Shown: one piece after another, positions 37,186 through 40,570 of the stretch
Layout of the letters: each line of letters opens with the position of its first letter
Numbering within the stretch: position 1 is the first letter of the stretch
IMG/VR virus record: IMGVR_UViG_3300020043_004790
Location: 1 to 40,570 of that record
Strand: one strand, 5' to 3'
Length of the DNA: 40,570 bases
Source: a virus
Lineage: Duplodnaviria; Caudoviricetes
The notes under the pieces: model-generated
The model's input: the letters and a program-made list of their open reading frames with translations, nothing else
Databases searched by the model: none
What the model was told of the DNA's origin: nothing
Position numbers and translations under genes: made by a program

Positions 37186-38046
37186 ATGGAAAAAGTAGGA
37201 CATGGCTTTAAGTTCAAGCCCAGCGAAGAAGGTGAGTGGCACCTAGGCTCAGGTCTTGCAACAGAACGATTCGGCGCAACTACCCTAAACCCTGGAGGTC
37301 AATGGGACAAATGGGTACCAAAGGCAGAGAAACAACGCAGACGACTAGAGACACAAGGCTGTACTATCTACCACTCTCTAAACGCGTGGGAGACACTTGC
37401 TAACTTCTATGGGTACAAAGACTTTCCACCTAACTGTTCAGAACGATACAATGGTGTACTTGCTAATATAGGGCCAGACGGTCAAGACCCGCATACATCT
37501 TGTGAGGCAATACGTAACTTCGGGGTGATACCAGAAGCTACCCTACCTTTTAGTGAAGACATCTATGATTGGGCGCAGTTCTACTCACCTAAACCAATGG
37601 ACGAAGACTATGTAAAGCTAGGACAGTCTGTTATTCGTCGCTATGAGCTAGGACATGAATATGTATTTAACGGTGGTATTGGTGTCACCTCAAAGGCACA
37701 CCTACTAATGAAAGCTCTTGAGAGAGGTACGGTATGTGTATCAGTCCACGCGTGGAAGCAAAAGAACGGGATATACTATAAAGACGAAGGAGATTTTGAT
37801 AATCACTGGACACACGTAGTTGGGTATAAAGAAGGCAAGTATTGGCTAATCCGCGACTCTTACGAACCATTTGAGAAGAAGGTTGCATGGGATACTAACT
37901 TCCAAAGCGCGAAGTTGTACTTTATGAAGCCTAACTATGATGGGATACTACCTTCTGAACGAAACACCCTAATTTATCTGATAAAGAAACTTATTAGCGC
38001 ACTTACTAAGAAACTAGGCTCATGGATAAACTTGCAACAGAAGTAG
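37186..38046 (+). CDS. Papain-like (C1-fold) cysteine peptidase
   Basis: Q...GC catalytic Cys, SERY, NHW..VVGY, W.I.DSY. Confidence 0.75.
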   Translation: MEKVGHGFKFKPSEEGEWHLGSGLATERFGATTLNPGGQWDKWVPKAEKQRRRLETQGCTIYHSLNAWETLANFYGYKDFPPNCSERYNGVLANIGPDGQDPHTSCEAIRNFGVIPEATLPFSEDIYDWAQFYSPKPMDEDYVKLGQSVIRRYELGHEYVFNGGIGVTSKAHLLMKALERGTVCVSVHAWKQKNGIYYKDEGDFDNHWTHVVGYKEGKYWLIRDSYEPFEKKVAWDTNFQSAKLYFMKPNYDGILPSERNTLIYLIKKLISALTKKLGSWINLQQK

Positions 38047-38555
38047 CTCAACTCATTATGTGGATAATTAACCTATTTCGTGGTAAACAAGAGGACGTGC
38101 CAAGCACCGATAACCAAACAGATATAGTGCTGGAAGCCCCAGATTTGCCCGTGGTTGAGAGTAATCGGGAGAAACTATATAAGTATGCCTACTCTAAATT
38201 AGGGGTAGATATGGCACCTACACAGGACAGTCTAGGATGTGCAGAAAGTCTCTCCTACATCCTTAAAGGTTCTGGCCTAACTAACCTCACAGGTATCTTC
38301 ATAGGTACATACCAGCTTAATGAGTGGCTTTCCAAGAACCTAGAGAAAGTAACAGAACCACTACCAGGGGACATTATTATGTCAGAGACAGGTAGCGGAC
38401 GTATTAGAGGCCACTGCGGTATCGTTGGTAAGCATAAGATTATGAGCAACAACAGTGCTTCTTTCTTGTGGGACGATCACTGGTCACTAGCTAAGTGGAA
38501 GGAGTATTACGGCCAATATGGAGGATTACCAATACGTTTTTACCGCGTAAAATGA
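38022..38555 (+). CDS. NlpC/P60/CHAP-like peptidoglycan amidase
   Basis: GCAES.S, P.PGDII, GHCGI, MSNNS. Confidence 0.75.
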   Translation: MDKLATEVAQLIMWIINLFRGKQEDVPSTDNQTDIVLEAPDLPVVESNREKLYKYAYSKLGVDMAPTQDSLGCAESLSYILKGSGLTNLTGIFIGTYQLNEWLSKNLEKVTEPLPGDIIMSETGSGRIRGHCGIVGKHKIMSNNSASFLWDDHWSLAKWKEYYGQYGGLPIRFYRVK

Positions 38556-38573
38556 TTGACGAAGAACAAGAAG

Positions 38574-38619
38574 CTATCCACAGGGAGCTAGTTGCTCTCT
38601 TTAGTGAGGTTGATACAAT
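38574..38619 (+). promoter_or_regulatory. Putative holin promoter
   Basis: CTATCCACA box, TTGCTC-N16-TACAAT with TG extension. Confidence 0.45.
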
Positions 38620-38627
38620 ATCTATCT

Positions 38628-38882
38628 ATGGCAAATAGAAAACTATCAGGATTTTTGGCCTCTTCATCTAACCCTGAAGAAATCTCAAATCGTGTAAAAG
38701 GACTTGTATTGGCATTCTCATCAGTAATCATTTTTGCAGCTGCACAGCTTTTCGGTGTACAGCTATCTGCTGGTGACGTAGTATCACTTGCTACACAACT
38801 TGGTGCTGTTTCAGGTTTGCTCTGGTCACTATACGGAGCACTCCTAGCACTAATTCGCTTTTTCGGCTCAAAGGCCGTCTAA
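38628..38882 (+). CDS. Putative holin (two TM helices)
   Basis: MANRKLSGFLASSSNPEEISNRVKG followed by two hydrophobic helices. Confidence 0.7.
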   Translation: MANRKLSGFLASSSNPEEISNRVKGLVLAFSSVIIFAAAQLFGVQLSAGDVVSLATQLGAVSGLLWSLYGALLALIRFFGSKAV

Positions 38883-38912
38883 ACGCCTATTTTAACCCTA
38901 CTGATACTAGGG

Positions 38913-39314
38913 TTGACTGGTATTAGCGCACCTTTCACACCCTACATACCGCCTGTGGCAGAGGCACATGAATTGACTCTTATGGAGGAAGCGGAACTAA
39001 ACATCCGCACCTTCACACCAGAAGAGTTGCGGTCTATCGCTGAATCTATACAAGAAGAGTATGGTCTTGATTCGCGTTTTGTAGAGACCTTATCAGGAGA
39101 AAGTATGGCTTTCACGTGGAACGACCAAAGCCTTATCCCTGCAAACGGCCCTAATGGACGTGAAGACTCTTGGGGTGTTTGCCAGATCCATCTACCTTCG
39201 CACCCTAATATATCTAAAGAAGAAGCATTAAACCCGTACTTCTGTATGCGCTGGACTGCTGAACAGTTTAGGCAAGGTAATGCTCACATGTGGACGGTGT
39301 ACCGTAACCTATGA
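38913..39314 (+). CDS. Lysozyme-like / SLT transglycosylase (start uncertain)
   Basis: ES catalytic motif, SWGVCQI, A.NP, W..Y. Confidence 0.75.
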   Translation: MTGISAPFTPYIPPVAEAHELTLMEEAELNIRTFTPEELRSIAESIQEEYGLDSRFVETLSGESMAFTWNDQSLIPANGPNGREDSWGVCQIHLPSHPNISKEEALNPYFCMRWTAEQFRQGNAHMWTVYRNL

Positions 39315-39493
39315 AAGACGCACTGATAGCAAGTTTGGAGTGGAGATTATGGGCTATCCTACTTACTGCTATTGTTCTTTCTATTAACGGGCATTCTGCA
39401 TGGGAAGTTTTTAATCTTTCGTTACAGCTACAGGCTATTTTATTTATTGGTCACGCTGTTTGGCTCTATATACGACGAAACCGCCCTATTTAG
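39311..39493 (+). CDS. Small two-TM membrane protein
   Basis: 60 aa hydrophobic ORF; ATGA overlap. Confidence 0.7.
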   Translation: MKDALIASLEWRLWAILLTAIVLSINGHSAWEVFNLSLQLQAILFIGHAVWLYIRRNRPI

Positions 39494-39621
39494 GCGGTCT
39501 GCCTCTTGCGTAGATTCAGTGTCTCGGTAGCAAGATTTTACAACTATCGGCACTTCGGTTAGGTTGTGCAGTCAAGTGTAAGCGCTGTTGATAAGGTATA
39601 CTACAACACGTTTTCTGTCAA
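39475..39621 (-). ncRNA. Putative stand-alone small RNA with its promoter
   Basis: TTGACA (39621-39616)-N17-TACCTT, then ~110 nt with two hairpins and the terminator; no ATG-initiated ORF seen. Confidence 0.55.
39480..39498. terminator. Hairpin terminator at the convergence point
   Basis: ACCGCC-ctattta-GGCGGT; followed by TTTCGTCGT on the minus strand. Confidence 0.6.
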
Positions 39622-39628
39622 GTTGTTA

Positions 39629-40348
39629 TTACCAGCCTCGCAAGAAGTGGTATGGTTGATGTTTATTGCAGTCTTTACAATGAACCATCTCGTAGATACC
39701 TTCTGAGAATGGCTTCTCGCCTCTAAAATTAACGTTGTGACCACCGCACCGTATACAACCTTCTTTGCCGTAGCACTTTCTATTGCGTTCTTGTACCCAT
39801 CCCTTATCTCGTAAGTATAGATACAGTAACTCAGTTTGAACCGTATCGTTCTCGTTGTACTTAAGGAAGTACTTTCTCGCTTTGGGGTCTCCGTCCTCTA
39901 CATCAAACCAAAGTACTTCACCACCCGTCTCCAACTTGTGGCCTATCTTGAAAAACTGTAAACAATATTTGAGCTTGTAGCTAGGTAGTCGAAACTTCTT
40001 TTTAATGATTGAGAGAGTATCTATAATCTTTACGTTAGTATCAGGTAGGTCATACATGGCAAAGAACGTGTTGCTCTGTTTTAGATCGAAGGCTTTTGCG
40101 TTGTGTCCTATAAGCTCCTCATTCTCAGAATAGACGCGGTGCATGTCTTTCACGAACTCTTTTTCGTTCTTAAACTCCCAAACACCACGGGTATATGGCT
40201 TACTTTTACCCAGTTCTTTGTATGAGAATGATGCTGGTTTAATTGGTACGGTCTCCTTTAATAGACGTGACTTCCACATCTTGTCCACAAATCCCCTGTA
40301 ATGCCCAGGGAATGACTCTATATCAATCGTTCCTCGTTTCTTTTTCAT
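39629..40348 (-). CDS. DnaQ/RNase H-superfamily (YprB-like) 3'-5' exonuclease with C-terminal Zn ribbon
   Basis: IDIES, GHN..AFD, IDTL, YN.ND; CxxC...CxxC. Confidence 0.88.
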   Translation of the reverse strand: MKKKRGTIDIESFPGHYRGFVDKMWKSRLLKETVPIKPASFSYKELGKSKPYTRGVWEFKNEKEFVKDMHRVYSENEELIGHNAKAFDLKQSNTFFAMYDLPDTNVKIIDTLSIIKKKFRLPSYKLKYCLQFFKIGHKLETGGEVLWFDVEDGDPKARKYFLKYNENDTVQTELLYLYLRDKGWVQERNRKCYGKEGCIRCGGHNVNFRGEKPFSEGIYEMVHCKDCNKHQPYHFLRGW

Positions 40349-40570
40349 CTTCGATAATTAGATTTACGTACCCGGCAATATCTACCCAAGAATCTTTATA
40401 TGAGGGGTCTCCGTTAACTATTCTGCTTATCTTCATACTGATAAGCTCAAGTGCTTCCTTTTGTGCGTCAGTACACTTAACCCAGCTCTTACCACCTCTA
40501 AACGCTTCTTTTATTCTCTGAGAAACTTCTGCGTTGGTACTAAACTTCCCGTACCTACCACCTCTCTCCT
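40323..40570 (-). CDS. DUF6378-like protein, 3' part
   Basis: ...KISRIVNGDPSYKDSWVDIAGYVNLI...; joins 188..1. Confidence 0.8.
   Translation of the reverse strand, partial: ERGGRYGKFSTNAEVSQRIKEAFRGGKSWVKCTDAQKEALELISMKISRIVNGDPSYKDSWVDIAGYVNLIIEDEKETRND
40405..40570. repeat. Terminal direct repeat, right copy
   Basis: 165/166 identical to 1-166. Confidence 0.97.

Noticed and set aside
1-40570. Stop-codon reassignment, CRISPR array, DGR/retron, integrase, introns or inteins
   Set aside because: Core genes are intact under code 11 with TAA, TAG and TGA all used as stops. No repeat-spacer array, reverse transcriptase or integrase motif was seen, and TerL, helicase and RecA show no insertions.

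Overview
This window is an apparently complete ~40.4 kb tailed-phage (Caudoviricetes) genome. Bases 1-166 repeat 40405-40570 with one mismatch, and a DUF6378-like gene reads across the junction. Standard genetic code 11 fits throughout. There are two main divergent transcription units. The leftward unit (4912 down to 1, continuing 40404-39629) carries ERF, an SSB-like gene, YopX, many small ORFs and a DnaQ-like exonuclease. The rightward unit (4996-39493) carries an RHH regulator, RecA, replication initiator, DnaB-type helicase, NinG, accessory ORFs, GroEL, a ParB-DNA methyltransferase, terminase, portal, scaffold, capsid, podovirus-like tail and ejection proteins, Ser/Thr-rich signal-peptide proteins, an FkbM methyltransferase and a multi-enzyme lysis cassette. 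I found no integrase, tape measure, tRNA or CRISPR array. A Patescibacteria (CPR/Parcubacteria) host is my inference from protein style and the lack of Shine-Dalgarno sites; it is not proven. The most unusual signal is non-coding. It comprises a tandem array of four long-stem-closed, branched RNA domains at 12029-12425, similar G-U-supported structures at other transcript starts, a kissing-hairpin element before the replication initiator, a stand-alone sRNA candidate at the convergence point, and DnaA-box-like 9-mers beside most predicted promoters. All protein calls come from motif recognition by eye, and all RNA folds were done by hand.
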